Shown here: one piece after another, positions 19,253 to 30,377 of the stretch | Numbering within the stretch: the first letter of the stretch is position 1 | How the letters are laid out: every line of letters starts with the position of its first letter | Assembly: GCA_023250035.1 (NCBI GenBank) | Contig: JAHFBK010000001.1 | Coordinates: forward strand, 1,928 to 53,514 | DNA: 51,587 nucleotides | Reading direction: 5' to 3' | Origin: Candidatus Dadabacteria bacterium | GTDB lineage: Bacteria > Desulfobacterota_D > UBA1144 > Nemesobacterales > CSP1-2 | Notes under the pieces: model-generated | Databases searched by the model: none | Told to the model about the DNA's origin: nothing | Seen by the model: the letters and a program-made list of their open reading frames with translations, nothing else | Made by a program: the position numbers and the translations under genes

Positions 19253-20014
19253 CTATGCTATTTCATCTACGACTTTAGAGTAATATGGCGGGTTATCTCC
19301 TACATACAATATTTGTATAGGAGAATAAGGGAAATCCTGATATGCTATTAGCAATCCAGATTTTATAAGCTCTAAGACTGCAAGAAATGTAATTACAATT
19401 TCGAACCTTGTTGGGTTTTCACTAAAAAGTTCTTCAAATAAGACATTTTTATGTGTTTTAAGCTTTGTAATCAACTCTGATACCTTTTGCTCAAGCGTTA
19501 ATAACTCTAATTCCAAGCTAATATTGCTGATCGAGCTAAAATCCTTTCGATTCCAAAGAGCTCGAAAGGCTTCAATCAATGACCACAAATCTGTTCTAAC
19601 TGGTTGATTTATTTCATCAGAATCATCTTCATCTTGAATGATCCTTGTAAATACATCTCGTTCCAATATATCAAAGGCTAGAAGCGTCCCTGCAGCCTCC
19701 TTATATCTTCTATATTCGAGTAGCCTCCTTACTAGTTCAGCCCTTGGATCCTCCTCTTCTTCCTCTACTTCGGGTTTTGGAAGAAGCATCTTTGATTTTA
19801 TGAGCCCGAGCTCGGCTGCTATCATAAGATAATCCCCTACGATCTCGAGGTTAAGCTCGCGCATCACCTCTAGATACATAAGATACTGCTCAGTTATGAC
19901 TGCTATCGGAATATCATAAATATTAACCTCGTTCTTTTTTATGAGGTAAAGAAGAAGATCGAGCGGTCCTTCAAATGCTTGTAGTTTTATCAAACAGGGT
20001 TCAGTTGAGACCAA
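19253..20014 (-). CDS. scpA: Segregation and condensation protein A (kleisin)
   Basis: N-terminal FEGPLDLLLYLIKKNEVNIYDIPI signature; TTG start at 20014 overlaps the trpS 3' end. Confidence 0.9.
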   Translation of the reverse strand: MVSTEPCLIKLQAFEGPLDLLLYLIKKNEVNIYDIPIAVITEQYLMYLEVMRELNLEIVGDYLMIAAELGLIKSKMLLPKPEVEEEEEDPRAELVRRLLEYRRYKEAAGTLLAFDILERDVFTRIIQDEDDSDEINQPVRTDLWSLIEAFRALWNRKDFSSISNISLELELLTLEQKVSELITKLKTHKNVLFEELFSENPTRFEIVITFLAVLELIKSGLLIAYQDFPYSPIQILYVGDNPPYYSKVVDEIA

Positions 20015-21041
20015 CCTTTTTCCTTACCTCCTCGAGGGTTTTTTGAGCTACTTCTCTTGCCTTTTTGTCACCCTCTTGAATTACTTCTTCTAATTCATGC
20101 TTTTTCCTCATAAGCTCTTCTCGTTTCTCTCGTATAGGTGTAAGTTCTTTAATCAAACTAGGCAAAAGTAGCTTTTTACAGTCAACGCAGCCAATCCCAG
20201 CGGTTCGACATTCTCTATTAACCATAGATATATCATCCTCAGAGCTATAGTACTTATGGAGGTAAAAAATACCACAGACATCCGGATTTCCAGGATCAGA
20301 TCTCCTGAGTCTGTTAGGGTCTGTATACATCTTCATTATTTTTTCCGTTATTTCGGCAGGCGTATCACTTAGATATATGGAATTACCATAACTCTTACTC
20401 ATCTTTCTACCATCAGTCCCAAGAATCTTTGGAATTTTTGTAAGTAGAGGTTGAGGTTCTGGGAACGTGTCACCATATAGGTAATTGAATCGCCTTACGA
20501 TTTCTCTGCCAAGCTCAAGATGGGGCACCTGGTCTTCTCCAACAGGTACGTAATTGGCTTTATAAGCTATTATATCCGCTGTCTGGAGTAGTGGATATCC
20601 CAGAAAACCATAAGTTGCAAGGTCTTTATCTCGAAGCTCTTCCTTCATCTCCTTATACGTGGGAACTCGCTCAAGCCAGCTTAGGGGTGTTATCATTGCA
20701 AGAAGCAAAGCAAGCTCAGCGTGCTCTTTTATATGTGATTGAATGAAAATTGTAGCTTTATTTGGGTCAACGCCACACGCTATCCAATCAGCAAGCATCT
20801 CGAAGGTAGCTTCCAGTATACCAGACGGGTCTGAATAATCAGTTGTAAGGGCGTGCCAATCAGCAACAAAATAGAAACATTCATATCTATTTTGAAGCTC
20901 ACGCCAATTCTCTAAGGCACCGTGGAGGTGACCAAGATGTAGTTTCCCAGTAGGTCGCATCCCGCTAAGAATTCTTTTATTCCTATCTGATGTACACTGC
21001 ACATCAGATACTACGGTTTTCATAAAGCGAGTGACCTCCAA
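20001..21041 (-). CDS. trpS: Tryptophanyl-tRNA synthetase (class I), with a 4-Cys cluster motif
   Basis: HIGH-type motif (GKLHLGHLHG) and KMSKS. The likely true start is ATG 21023, forming an ATGA overlap with the upstream protease stop. Cys256/278/285/288 (numbered from 21041) form C-x21-C-x6-C-x2-C. Confidence 0.95.
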   Translation of the reverse strand: MEVTRFMKTVVSDVQCTSDRNKRILSGMRPTGKLHLGHLHGALENWRELQNRYECFYFVADWHALTTDYSDPSGILEATFEMLADWIACGVDPNKATIFIQSHIKEHAELALLLAMITPLSWLERVPTYKEMKEELRDKDLATYGFLGYPLLQTADIIAYKANYVPVGEDQVPHLELGREIVRRFNYLYGDTFPEPQPLLTKIPKILGTDGRKMSKSYGNSIYLSDTPAEITEKIMKMYTDPNRLRRSDPGNPDVCGIFYLHKYYSSEDDISMVNRECRTAGIGCVDCKKLLLPSLIKELTPIREKREELMRKKHELEEVIQEGDKKAREVAQKTLEEVRKKVGLN

Positions 21042-21691
21042 AGATGTGTGAGTTGGAAGTAATTATACCCTGACAATCCCTCAGTAAGAACTGAGACTGG
21101 GTACCAGAGAATATATGCAAAGATTCGATCACCAAAGATAAAAAGGGCAAACAGGATTAATATGCCATAAGGCTCAAATCGTCTATATTCATATGCCTGT
21201 TTCTCAGGTAGAAGACCATAGAGAACCCTAGAACCATCGAGTGGGGCTATTGGAATCATGTTAAATATAGCAAGAGCAAGACCGAATTGGAGTGTTAGTA
21301 TCAGGAGTACAAGTGACACAGACATTGTTCCAGATAGTGGGAGGTTTAAACCGGGAATTATATACCTAATTGCTGCCCCGGCAGCAATAGCCATCATTAA
21401 GTTGGATAACGGACCGGCAAGGGCTACTAAAAGCATTCCCTTTCTAGGATTCGTAAAGTTTAGAGGATTAATAGGGACAGGTTTAGCCCATCCAAATCCA
21501 GCTATAAACATTAGTATTGTTCCAAGTACATCTAAGTGAGCGATAGGATTTAGGGTCAATCGTCCTTGTCTTTTAGCAGTATCATCCCCAAGCAAATGTG
21601 CAACCCAGGCGTGACAGAACTCATGCACAGTAAGAGCAAAAAGGATAACAGGAACTTGAATTAGTAAAAGTTTAAAATAATTAGAATCCAT
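21020..21691 (-). CDS. Site-2 protease family (peptidase M50) membrane zinc metalloprotease
   Basis: HExxH (HEFCHAW) lies in the first TM region, with multiple TM helices and a downstream LDG motif (APLDGSRV). Confidence 0.85.
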   Translation of the reverse strand: MDSNYFKLLLIQVPVILFALTVHEFCHAWVAHLLGDDTAKRQGRLTLNPIAHLDVLGTILMFIAGFGWAKPVPINPLNFTNPRKGMLLVALAGPLSNLMMAIAAGAAIRYIIPGLNLPLSGTMSVSLVLLILTLQFGLALAIFNMIPIAPLDGSRVLYGLLPEKQAYEYRRFEPYGILILFALFIFGDRIFAYILWYPVSVLTEGLSGYNYFQLTHLWRSLAL

Positions 21692-21807
21692 GTATTTATT
21701 ATCTTATTATGTACGCTCTCAAATTAACATAACCTAGCGTCTGATATCCAAGTTTAGGTTTTTTGATATTGACTTTTGAATTAGCCAAATTATCTGACAC
21801 CAACATT

Positions 21808-22707
21808 TTATGATCTGGGATGATATTTTTTATGCACCTCTTTGAGCCTTTCCCTGTCAATATGGGTGTAAATTTGTGTTGTGGATATATCTGAATGGCC
21901 TAGCATTATCTGTATAGCCCGTAAATCTGCGCCTCGTTCGAGTAGATGAGTTGCAAATGAATGTCTGAGGGTATGTGGGCTTATCTTTTTCGTTATGCCT
22001 GATCTTATTGTATGGTTCTTGATTATCTTCCAGAAACCCTGACGCGTCATCTTTTTGCGTAATCTAGTAACAAAGAGATTAACTGAGGTTTTGGATTTAA
22101 GAAGGCTTGGCCTTCCTCTATCTAAGTACTCTATCAATTTGTTCTTAGCCTTTTCTCCAATGGGAACTATCCTCTCTTTTGAGCCCTTTCCATAAGCTAC
22201 AAGGTAGGCTAATTCAAAGTTTACATCATTAAGCCCTAGTCCTACAAGCTCTGATACTCTAATGCCTGTTGCATAAAGAATCTCTATCATAGCTTTATCC
22301 CTTAGGCCTTCAAGGGTTGTTTCATCTGGAGAAGCGAGAAGCCTCTCCACCTCTTCTATTGAGAGCACCTGAGGGAGAGTCCTCTTCGTTTTAGGTGTGC
22401 GTATTAGAAACGTAGGATCATTCATAATAATTTTTTCAATAAGAAGATACTTAAAGAACTGTCTTATAGATACTAAAGCTCTTGCTACAGACCTAGCTCC
22501 TAAGTCTTTTTCCTTCAAATCGGAAAGGAGATCAAGTATGTGTTTATAATCCACTTGTTCAATATTACTGACACCCTTCTTTTCAAGAAACAAAGAGAGT
22601 TTTTGTATATCCCTTTGATATGATTCTACCGTATTCTTAGAAAGCCCTTTAACAACAGTAAGGTAGGTAAGAAACGAGTCTATAAATTGGTCCATAAAAT
22701 CTGTCAT
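21808..22707 (-). CDS. xerD: Tyrosine site-specific recombinase XerD/XerC
   Basis: 299 aa with the N-terminal SAM-like domain (LSKNTVESYQRDI). The catalytic R..HxxR..Y contexts are ATGIRVSEL, HTLRHSFATHLL and LGHSDISTTQIYTH. XerC versus XerD cannot be resolved by eye. Confidence 0.88.
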   Translation of the reverse strand: MTDFMDQFIDSFLTYLTVVKGLSKNTVESYQRDIQKLSLFLEKKGVSNIEQVDYKHILDLLSDLKEKDLGARSVARALVSIRQFFKYLLIEKIIMNDPTFLIRTPKTKRTLPQVLSIEEVERLLASPDETTLEGLRDKAMIEILYATGIRVSELVGLGLNDVNFELAYLVAYGKGSKERIVPIGEKAKNKLIEYLDRGRPSLLKSKTSVNLFVTRLRKKMTRQGFWKIIKNHTIRSGITKKISPHTLRHSFATHLLERGADLRAIQIMLGHSDISTTQIYTHIDRERLKEVHKKYHPRS

Positions 22708-22770
22708 TAGTCGATCGTTATTTGTCTTTACATTGTCGAGTGACTAACGACTAATATATTTGGCACTAAA

Positions 22771-24045
<1,275 letters not shown>

Positions 24046-24095
24046 TTATGTATTGCTTATGAGTATTGGGTAATATCTAATATATATGATCTGGC

Positions 24096-25256
24096 TTACT
24101 CAACTGCAGATCGAAGTTGCTCAACTTTGTCTGTCCTTTCCCATGTGAATTCTTGTTCTTCTCTACCAAAATGTCCATACGCAGCGGTTTTTTGATAAAT
24201 CGGCCTAAGAAGGTTTAACGATTTTATAACCTCGGCAGGTTTTAGCTCAAATACCTCTCTTATGGCTTTTGAAATTTTATCATCTGGAACTACTCCAGTA
24301 TCAAAAGTATCTACCATTATAGATACAGGTTCTGCAATGCCGATAGCGTAAGCGATTTGAACCTCACACCTTTTTGCAATCCCTGCAGCAACAATGTTCT
24401 TCGCTATATAGCGTGCCATGTAGCTGACGCTTCTATCTACCTTTGACGGGTCCTTTCCAGAAAATGCCCCACCCCCATGTCTCCCCCATCCACCATACGT
24501 ATCTATTATAATTTTCCGCCCAGTTAAACCTGTATCACCTCTAGGCCCACCAATTACAAACCTTCCTGTAGGGTTAACATAGATTTTTGTCTTTGTAGAT
24601 AGAAGGTCTCCAGGAATTACAGGTTTTATTACTTCTTCTATTATCCCTTCATAAATAGTATGATTGCCAACTTCAGGGGAGTGTTGAGCAGAGATAACAA
24701 TAGCATCAACGCTTACCGGTTTTTGGTCTTTATACCTCATCGTCACCTGAGTTTTTCCATCGGGCCTAAGAAACGGAAGAGTTCCTTTTTTTCTTACCTC
24801 TGAAAGCCGTCTTGCAAGCTTATGCGAATACATTATAGGTGCAGGCATGAGCTCAGGCGTTTCGTCTATTGCGTAGCCGAACATAAGCCCTTGGTCTCCG
24901 GCACCCTGTTCCTTTTCTTCCGAGGGGTTTACTCCAATAGCAATGTCAGGAGACTGCTTTCCAATCGCAACTATGACGCCGCAACTGTCAGCATCCAATC
25001 CCATGGAGCTATCTGTATAGCCAATGTCTTTTACAGTACGTCTAACAACACCTGGAAAGTCTATATTAGCATTGGTTGTAATTTCCCCTGCAATAACAAT
25101 AAGTCCAGTTGTAAGAAGAGATTCACAGGCAACCCTTGCCGGAGGGTCCTTAACAATTATTGCATCCAAAACCGCATCAGAAATCTGGTCTGCCATCTTA
25201 TCAGGATGACCTTCAGTAACAGATTCTGAGGTAAATACAAAATCACTTGATGCCAT
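24096..25256 (-). CDS. metK: S-adenosylmethionine synthetase
   Basis: Motifs [22 protein letters not shown] and [16 protein letters not shown]. Confidence 0.97.
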   Translation of the reverse strand: MASSDFVFTSESVTEGHPDKMADQISDAVLDAIIVKDPPARVACESLLTTGLIVIAGEITTNANIDFPGVVRRTVKDIGYTDSSMGLDADSCGVIVAIGKQSPDIAIGVNPSEEKEQGAGDQGLMFGYAIDETPELMPAPIMYSHKLARRLSEVRKKGTLPFLRPDGKTQVTMRYKDQKPVSVDAIVISAQHSPEVGNHTIYEGIIEEVIKPVIPGDLLSTKTKIYVNPTGRFVIGGPRGDTGLTGRKIIIDTYGGWGRHGGGAFSGKDPSKVDRSVSYMARYIAKNIVAAGIAKRCEVQIAYAIGIAEPVSIMVDTFDTGVVPDDKISKAIREVFELKPAEVIKSLNLLRPIYQKTAAYGHFGREEQEFTWERTDKVEQLRSAVE

Positions 25257-25343
25257 ATAACATGCCTCCTATACTTGCCATTTCTTAAATAGTATTTATT
25301 TCAATTTTGATTATACATAGTTTAGTCGTATAAGAGCGGAAAA

Positions 25344-25371
25344 AATATATATCTTTAAGTTAGTATGTCAA
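25344..25371 (-). promoter_or_regulatory. Candidate sigma70 promoter of metK-ahcY (TTGACA-16-TATATT)
   Basis: On the minus strand, TTGACA is at 25371-25366, followed by a 16-nt spacer and TATATT at 25349-25344, about 90 nt upstream of the metK ATG. Confidence 0.35.
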
Positions 25372-25564
25372 GTAACACGCTATAATCAAAGTAATTATAA
25401 ACACTGGATAATGTAATGATACAATAAGGCACTTATCTCTAATATAGCTTCGTTAAATAATAACATAAAAGCATAAGATATTTGATTAACAAGATACAAA
25501 ATTAAAATGGTTCTTGAGGTGATCTTGAACTTTATGAGAATCGGTTTAAAATTTCACTTTTATC

Positions 25565-25593
25565 TTAAATAGCGTAAAAGCTATATGTATAAT
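25565..25593 (+). promoter_or_regulatory. Candidate promoter of rpe (TTAAAT-17-TATAAT)
   Basis: TTAAAT at 25565-25570, a 17-nt spacer, then TATAAT at 25588-25593, about 40 nt upstream of the rpe ATG. Confidence 0.3.
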
Positions 25594-25634
25594 TCTATAT
25601 CTAACTTAACAACTCATGATATCAGGAAAGCGAG

Positions 25635-26306
25635 ATGAAAAAACTAATAGTTCCCTCAATACTCTCCGCAGATTTTACAAAGTTAGAAGAAGAGGTTAGG
25701 GCAGTCCAAAGATCAGGAGCAGATTGGATCCATGTAGATGTAATGGATGGTCATTTTGTCCCGAATATTAGTATAGGAATTCCAATAGTGAAGTCACTTA
25801 AAAACTTAAATCCCCCAATGATGGATGTTCACCTTATGATTGATAACCCTGAGAAATTCGTCAGTGCCTTCATTGAGGCAGGAAAACCATTTGTAAAGGT
25901 TATTACTGTTCAGGTAGAAGCTTGTAGACTCCTTTATAGCACTGTAACAGCCATTAAATCTTATGGGGTTATGTCAGGGGTTGCTCTAAATCCTGGGACT
26001 CCTATTTCTAGCATTGAGGAGATCCTTCCCTGTGTGGATTTGATTCTTATAATGACAGTAGAACCAGGATTCGCAGAACAAAAATTCATTAATTCGACGA
26101 TTCCTAAAATAAAACGTTTGAGACATCAAATAAATAATTCAGACTTTAGGCCTCTTATTGAAGTTGATGGTGGTATTAAACTTGATAATATTAGAGAGGT
26201 TGCAGAAGCGGGAGCCGATGTTTTTGTTTCTGGTTCTGGCATCTTTAAAACCGAAGACTACGCTTTAACAATTCAGACAATGAGAAAAGAGATTGAAAGT
26301 AAATAA
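25635..26306 (+). CDS. rpe: Ribulose-phosphate 3-epimerase
   Basis: Motifs PSILSADF, HVDVMDGHFVPN, MTVEPGF and VDGGI. Confidence 0.95.
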   Translation: MKKLIVPSILSADFTKLEEEVRAVQRSGADWIHVDVMDGHFVPNISIGIPIVKSLKNLNPPMMDVHLMIDNPEKFVSAFIEAGKPFVKVITVQVEACRLLYSTVTAIKSYGVMSGVALNPGTPISSIEEILPCVDLILIMTVEPGFAEQKFINSTIPKIKRLRHQINNSDFRPLIEVDGGIKLDNIREVAEAGADVFVSGSGIFKTEDYALTIQTMRKEIESK

Positions 26307-26334
26307 CCCCGTGGCTCTGCCACGGGGTTATTTA
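26305..26334 (+). terminator. Rho-independent terminator after rpe
   Basis: A perfect 9-bp GC-rich stem (CCCCGTGGC at 26307-26315, GCCACGGGG at 26319-26327) with a 3-nt loop, followed by TTATTT. Confidence 0.7.
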
Positions 26335-26392
26335 CTGGAAAATATAATTTTTAGCACATAATTTTTATAGCTACATTATATTTTCACTCTAA

Positions 26393-27058
26393 TTGATGTC
26401 TATAGTTATGACCTACAAAAACACCTATGTAAAAGATGTAGAAAATTACTTTCTTTACCATGTTGGAAAAGGAATTATGCTTTCTCCAAAAGAGTATGAA
26501 CTTATTATGAAATGGAAGAGTAGGGGGGTTCCTAAAGAGGTGGTTTTTAAAGGGATAAGCAGGGCTATTGATAACTACAAGAAGAAGATAGAAAGAAGTG
26601 GATTCCCACGGAGTCTTATATACTGCGCCTCGTTTATAGAGGAGGAAATAAAAAATTACAGTTACAGGAGTCAAATCGAATCTGCTATGATAGAGTTGAA
26701 ACCAAACGATTTTATAAAAAGGGTTGTAAATAGACTAGCCAACTTAATTGCTTCTGAAAAAAGAGAAATGATAAGAATGCATTATATAGAAGCAAGAAAA
26801 AAGGTTTCGGATTTAATAAGCTTAAACGATGAAGGAATTTTTAAAATGCTAGAAGAGATAGAAGAGGAATTTTATGAGTCTTTTTTTCAAAGCTTACCAC
26901 AATCTGAACAAGAAAGAATCATATCAAAAGCAAAAGAAATGATTAGTAAAAGGAGCAGTTTTATGACTGAGAGGGCTCATCGTGAAAGTGTTTTAGCTTT
27001 TCGTAATGAAATATTGGCTAGGGATTATGAATTAAAGAGCATAATCTCATATAATTAA
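26393..27058 (+). CDS. DnaD-domain-like (DnaB_2-type) protein, possible helicase-loading co-factor
   Basis: 221 aa. The N-terminal segment YFLYHVGKGIMLSPKEYELIMKWKSRGVPKEVVFKGISRAI resembles the DnaD/DnaB_2 'l-sp-e-e-l--W---g---e-i--Ai' pattern. The rest is predicted helical. The stop is 3 nt before the DnaC/DnaI-like gene. Assignment is by eye only. Confidence 0.45.
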   Translation: MMSIVMTYKNTYVKDVENYFLYHVGKGIMLSPKEYELIMKWKSRGVPKEVVFKGISRAIDNYKKKIERSGFPRSLIYCASFIEEEIKNYSYRSQIESAMIELKPNDFIKRVVNRLANLIASEKREMIRMHYIEARKKVSDLISLNDEGIFKMLEEIEEEFYESFFQSLPQSEQERIISKAKEMISKRSSFMTERAHRESVLAFRNEILARDYELKSIISYN

Positions 27059-27061
27059 AAA

Positions 27062-27868
27062 ATGACAAAGAAAACTATTGGATGTGATAATTGCTATCGA
27101 ATGGGATATATGATTGAAAAGAAGGGAGATCTTTCCTTCGCAAGGATTTGCGATTGTGTTTTAAGGTGCCGAGAGTGCAATGGTTCAGGCTCAGTTTTGT
27201 CAAAGAATGAGAAAGCATATATTTATATCAGTAACTGTAAGGTATGTGGAGTAATAAGAAGAAACGTAAAGCTTTATAATCTAGCGGGTATACCAGCAAA
27301 ATATTACACTGTACTTCAACTAGGTACGTTCAGACCAAAAGCCAAGAACGAATCCCAGGAACATGCCCTTAGGTATGCAGATCATTTTGTAAAAAAATAC
27401 CCCGATATGCGGGGATTTCTTCTAATGGGAAAAGCAGGGGTTGGCAAGACCCATTTAGCTATAGGCGCGATATCTGAGATTATTCTAGAAAGGGGCATAA
27501 GATGTCTGTTTAAAGATTTCTTCCATCTTCTTTCAGAGCTTAAAGAAGCATATTCGCAAGGCACTCCAGAGAATGAAGTGCTCCTTCCTCTTATAGAAAC
27601 GGAAGTTCTTGTTATTGATGAGTTAGGCAAAGGAAGAAGCAGCGACTGGGAGCTAAACATACTAGATCAACTAATTTCTAAAAGGTACAACGCATCAAAG
27701 ATTACTTTGATAACTACGAACTATGTTTCTAAGGAATACATGAAAGAGGATCAAGAAACACTCGAAGCAAGAGTTGGAGACAGGATTGCATCAAGGCTTC
27801 ACGAAATGTGTGAATTTATTTACATCGAAGGTCAGGATCATAGAAAGGCATTAAGAAAGAAAGCCTAG
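27062..27868 (+). CDS. DnaC/DnaI-family AAA+ ATPase with N-terminal Cys-rich zinc-ribbon region (putative replicative helicase loader)
   Basis: Walker A is GKAGVGKTHLA and Walker B is VLVIDELG, with sensor TTN and a C-terminal R finger region. The N-terminus has CxxC...CxC...CxxC...CxxC. Confidence 0.8.
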   Translation: MTKKTIGCDNCYRMGYMIEKKGDLSFARICDCVLRCRECNGSGSVLSKNEKAYIYISNCKVCGVIRRNVKLYNLAGIPAKYYTVLQLGTFRPKAKNESQEHALRYADHFVKKYPDMRGFLLMGKAGVGKTHLAIGAISEIILERGIRCLFKDFFHLLSELKEAYSQGTPENEVLLPLIETEVLVIDELGKGRSSDWELNILDQLISKRYNASKITLITTNYVSKEYMKEDQETLEARVGDRIASRLHEMCEFIYIEGQDHRKALRKKA

Positions 27869-28899
27869 AATCTCCAGAAGACTGATTGCACTTTTTTTAC
27901 TCTTTCAATAATTGGGTCTACCTTAGTTTCTACAGTCAAATCCCCGTAATCAGTTTTATTTTTTTCTAACAGCTCTTCTATAACTGCTTTGGTGGATTCC
28001 CAAAGCCCCTCTAGGTTATATCCGCCTTCTAGTATTAAAATCAACTTGGCGCCGCAGTATGTCTCTGCCATTTCTTTTAAAAATCTAGTCATCTGCGCAA
28101 ACCCCTTAGAAGTAACACTCATTCCGCCAAGTGGATCACCAAAGTAGGTATCGAAACCAGCTGATATTAGAATCAGTTCAGGTTGATACTGCTCTATAAC
28201 TGGTTTTAGAATACCAAAAAAAATTTTAATATACTCCTTATCTCCCATACCCGGATGGAGGGGAACGTTGATTGTATAGCCTAATCCATTATCCATTCCG
28301 ACTTCATTTATTGATCCTGTTCCTGGATAGTAGGGATATTGGTGTGTAGAAAAATAAAGAACCTCTGAGGAATCATAAAACATATTCTGAGTACCATTTC
28401 CATGATGAAGATCCCAATCAACAATTATAATGCGTTTAATTCCATAAACCTTGTTAGCATAAGCCGCGCCAACAGCGACATTATTAAATAAGCAGAATCC
28501 CATAGCCCTATTTCTCTCAGCATGATGTCCGGGCGGACGAACGAGGGGAAATGCAATATCAACCTCGCCTTTCATCACCTTATCAGTTGCATCAAGCATA
28601 CCCCCCACTGCTCTAACTGCGGCGTTAAATGAAACAGGACAAGTAGAGGTATCTGGATCTAAGAATATTCTCATTTTCCCTTTAGTTGATTGAATTAGAT
28701 CAAAATGCTTAGGTTCATGAACAAGTGTAATTTCTTCTTTAGTTGCGTCTCGGGGCTCAATTCTTACTACTTCTTCGAGAAGCCTTGTTTCTCTCAGCAT
28801 GTCAACAATAGCAAATAATCTTTCCTGAGACTCTGGATGGCCCATTCCATTATCATGGTCAAAATAAAGCTTATCAAGAACTATTCCAAGTTTAGTCAC
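27865..28899 (-). CDS. Histone deacetylase-family (class II/AcuC/acetylpolyamine amidohydrolase-like) Zn hydrolase
   Basis: Motifs RPPGHHA, VDWDLHHGNGTQ and GFD..FGDPLG; 344 aa. Confidence 0.9.
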   Translation of the reverse strand: MTKLGIVLDKLYFDHDNGMGHPESQERLFAIVDMLRETRLLEEVVRIEPRDATKEEITLVHEPKHFDLIQSTKGKMRIFLDPDTSTCPVSFNAAVRAVGGMLDATDKVMKGEVDIAFPLVRPPGHHAERNRAMGFCLFNNVAVGAAYANKVYGIKRIIIVDWDLHHGNGTQNMFYDSSEVLYFSTHQYPYYPGTGSINEVGMDNGLGYTINVPLHPGMGDKEYIKIFFGILKPVIEQYQPELILISAGFDTYFGDPLGGMSVTSKGFAQMTRFLKEMAETYCGAKLILILEGGYNLEGLWESTKAVIEELLEKNKTDYGDLTVETKVDPIIERVKKVQSVFWRF

Positions 28900-29095
28900 T
28901 TATATTTAACTCCTGTTAAATGAGAGTAGCACACGTAATCGTAGGGATCAACGCTTTATAAGTATAATAATGAGACTCTTTCTAATATTAATATGTTATT
29001 TTCTGCCTTATAACTTAATTTTTATGATTTTTAATTACGAGTGTATTCTCTAAACGTTTGCTATTAGTGGAACTAAAGCATTTGAACAATTGATT

Positions 29096-30343
29096 TTAAC
29101 AAAAAAATTGTTTTATGGCTCCAATTAAATAAAGAGAGCCAGTAACACATACTGGCTTTTGGAGGGAAAGTATTTCTTTATAAGCCTTTTTAAAATCATC
29201 TATAACCTTAGTCTTACTTACATATCGCCTAGCTACATCAGCAAGCCCTTTCGCCTTTATAGTCCTCTCAGATGGCACGTCAGTTACTATCATATATTCA
29301 GCAATCGGATAGATTGCTCTCATATAGCCATCATGGTCTTTATCAGAAAGCATGCCTATTAAAATAACAAACTTCATGCCTGGAAACATCTTTTCAATTG
29401 ATTCTCTTAGTGCCTCGGCAGCACCAGGATTATGCGCACCATCTAGAATAAGAGTGGGATTCCTTTTTACAATCTCCATTCTTCCTTCCCATCTTACTGA
29501 GGAGAGCCCCTTTCTCAAGCTTTCTTCATTCATATTGACCTCATAAAGCTTAGAAAAAGATTCGAGCGCGGCAACGGCGAGCGATGCATTTTGAATTTGA
29601 TAAAACCCATGAAGGCCAAACGTAAGATGCTCCAAATTCCATAAATTGCCGAAATAACTAAAATCCTCCGTACTTTCTCCTTCAACTCTAAAATCTTTTT
29701 CAAATATACTAATTGGCGCTGAATTTTCATAGGCTACACTCTTTATTAAGGAGAGGGCTTCTTCTTTTGCGCCAGTTATAAGTGGAACTCTATTTTTTAT
29801 TACCCCCGCCTTTTCAAAGGCTATTTCTCTAATGCTATCACCTAGATATTCGGTATGGTCTTTTGAAATGTTTGTTATGACCGTTAAAATTGGTTTTACC
29901 ACATTAGTTGCATCAAGGCGCCCTCCCATTCCTACTTCAAGCACTGAGAAATCTACTTTTCTCTGAGCAAAGTATAAAAATGCAGAAATAGTTAGCACCT
30001 CAAAATAGCTTGGCTCATCTGGTAGCGTAGAGGAAGCTTGTTTAATCTCTAAGATGAGTTGAGATAAATCACTCATAGAGATTTCATTACTGTTTATTCG
30101 TATTCTCTCTGAAACTCGTATAAGATGAGGAGATGTATAAAGCCCGGTTTTATAGCCTTGGGTTTCTAGCACGGAAGCTATGGCTGAAGCCACAGAACCT
30201 TTGCCATTTGTTCCTGCTATCAGTACGCTTGGTACCACTTCTTGAGGATTACCAAGAATCTCAAGAAGCTTTATAGTTCTTTCAAGACCAGGCTTTACCT
30301 TATGAAGCCCAAGAGAATTAAGATAGGCAATTGCGTCGTTCAT
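29096..30343 (-). CDS. folC: Bifunctional folylpolyglutamate synthase / dihydrofolate synthase
   Basis: Mur ligase P-loop GTNGKGS, plus HLIRVSERI and DGAHNP. Confidence 0.92.
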   Translation of the reverse strand: MNDAIAYLNSLGLHKVKPGLERTIKLLEILGNPQEVVPSVLIAGTNGKGSVASAIASVLETQGYKTGLYTSPHLIRVSERIRINSNEISMSDLSQLILEIKQASSTLPDEPSYFEVLTISAFLYFAQRKVDFSVLEVGMGGRLDATNVVKPILTVITNISKDHTEYLGDSIREIAFEKAGVIKNRVPLITGAKEEALSLIKSVAYENSAPISIFEKDFRVEGESTEDFSYFGNLWNLEHLTFGLHGFYQIQNASLAVAALESFSKLYEVNMNEESLRKGLSSVRWEGRMEIVKRNPTLILDGAHNPGAAEALRESIEKMFPGMKFVILIGMLSDKDHDGYMRAIYPIAEYMIVTDVPSERTIKAKGLADVARRYVSKTKVIDDFKKAYKEILSLQKPVCVTGSLYLIGAIKQFFC

Positions 30344-30377
30344 TATTGGAGTTGTTAAAAAGCGTTGAGAAGCATCA

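Noticed and set aside
19410-19417. A TTCGAACC T-loop-like word, possibly marking a tRNA.
   Set aside because: It lies inside scpA and no acceptor, D or anticodon stems can be drawn around it. I saw no tRNA cloverleaf anywhere in the window.
21808-22707. The tyrosine recombinase as the integrase of a prophage or genomic island.
   Set aside because: It has XerC/D-type length and motifs, is embedded between ahcY and the site-2 protease/trpS operon, and has no adjacent tRNA, att-like repeats or phage genes.
25257-25365. A SAM riboswitch in the metK leader.
   Set aside because: The ~90-nt leader is AT-rich and I could not find the GC-rich paired helices or conserved cores of the SAM-I, SAM-II or SAM-V classes. 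It looks like a plain 5' UTR.
27062-27868. The AAA+ gene as IstB of an IS21-family element.
   Set aside because: There is no IstA transposase gene and no terminal inverted repeats. The zinc-ribbon N-terminus fits DnaI-like loaders better.
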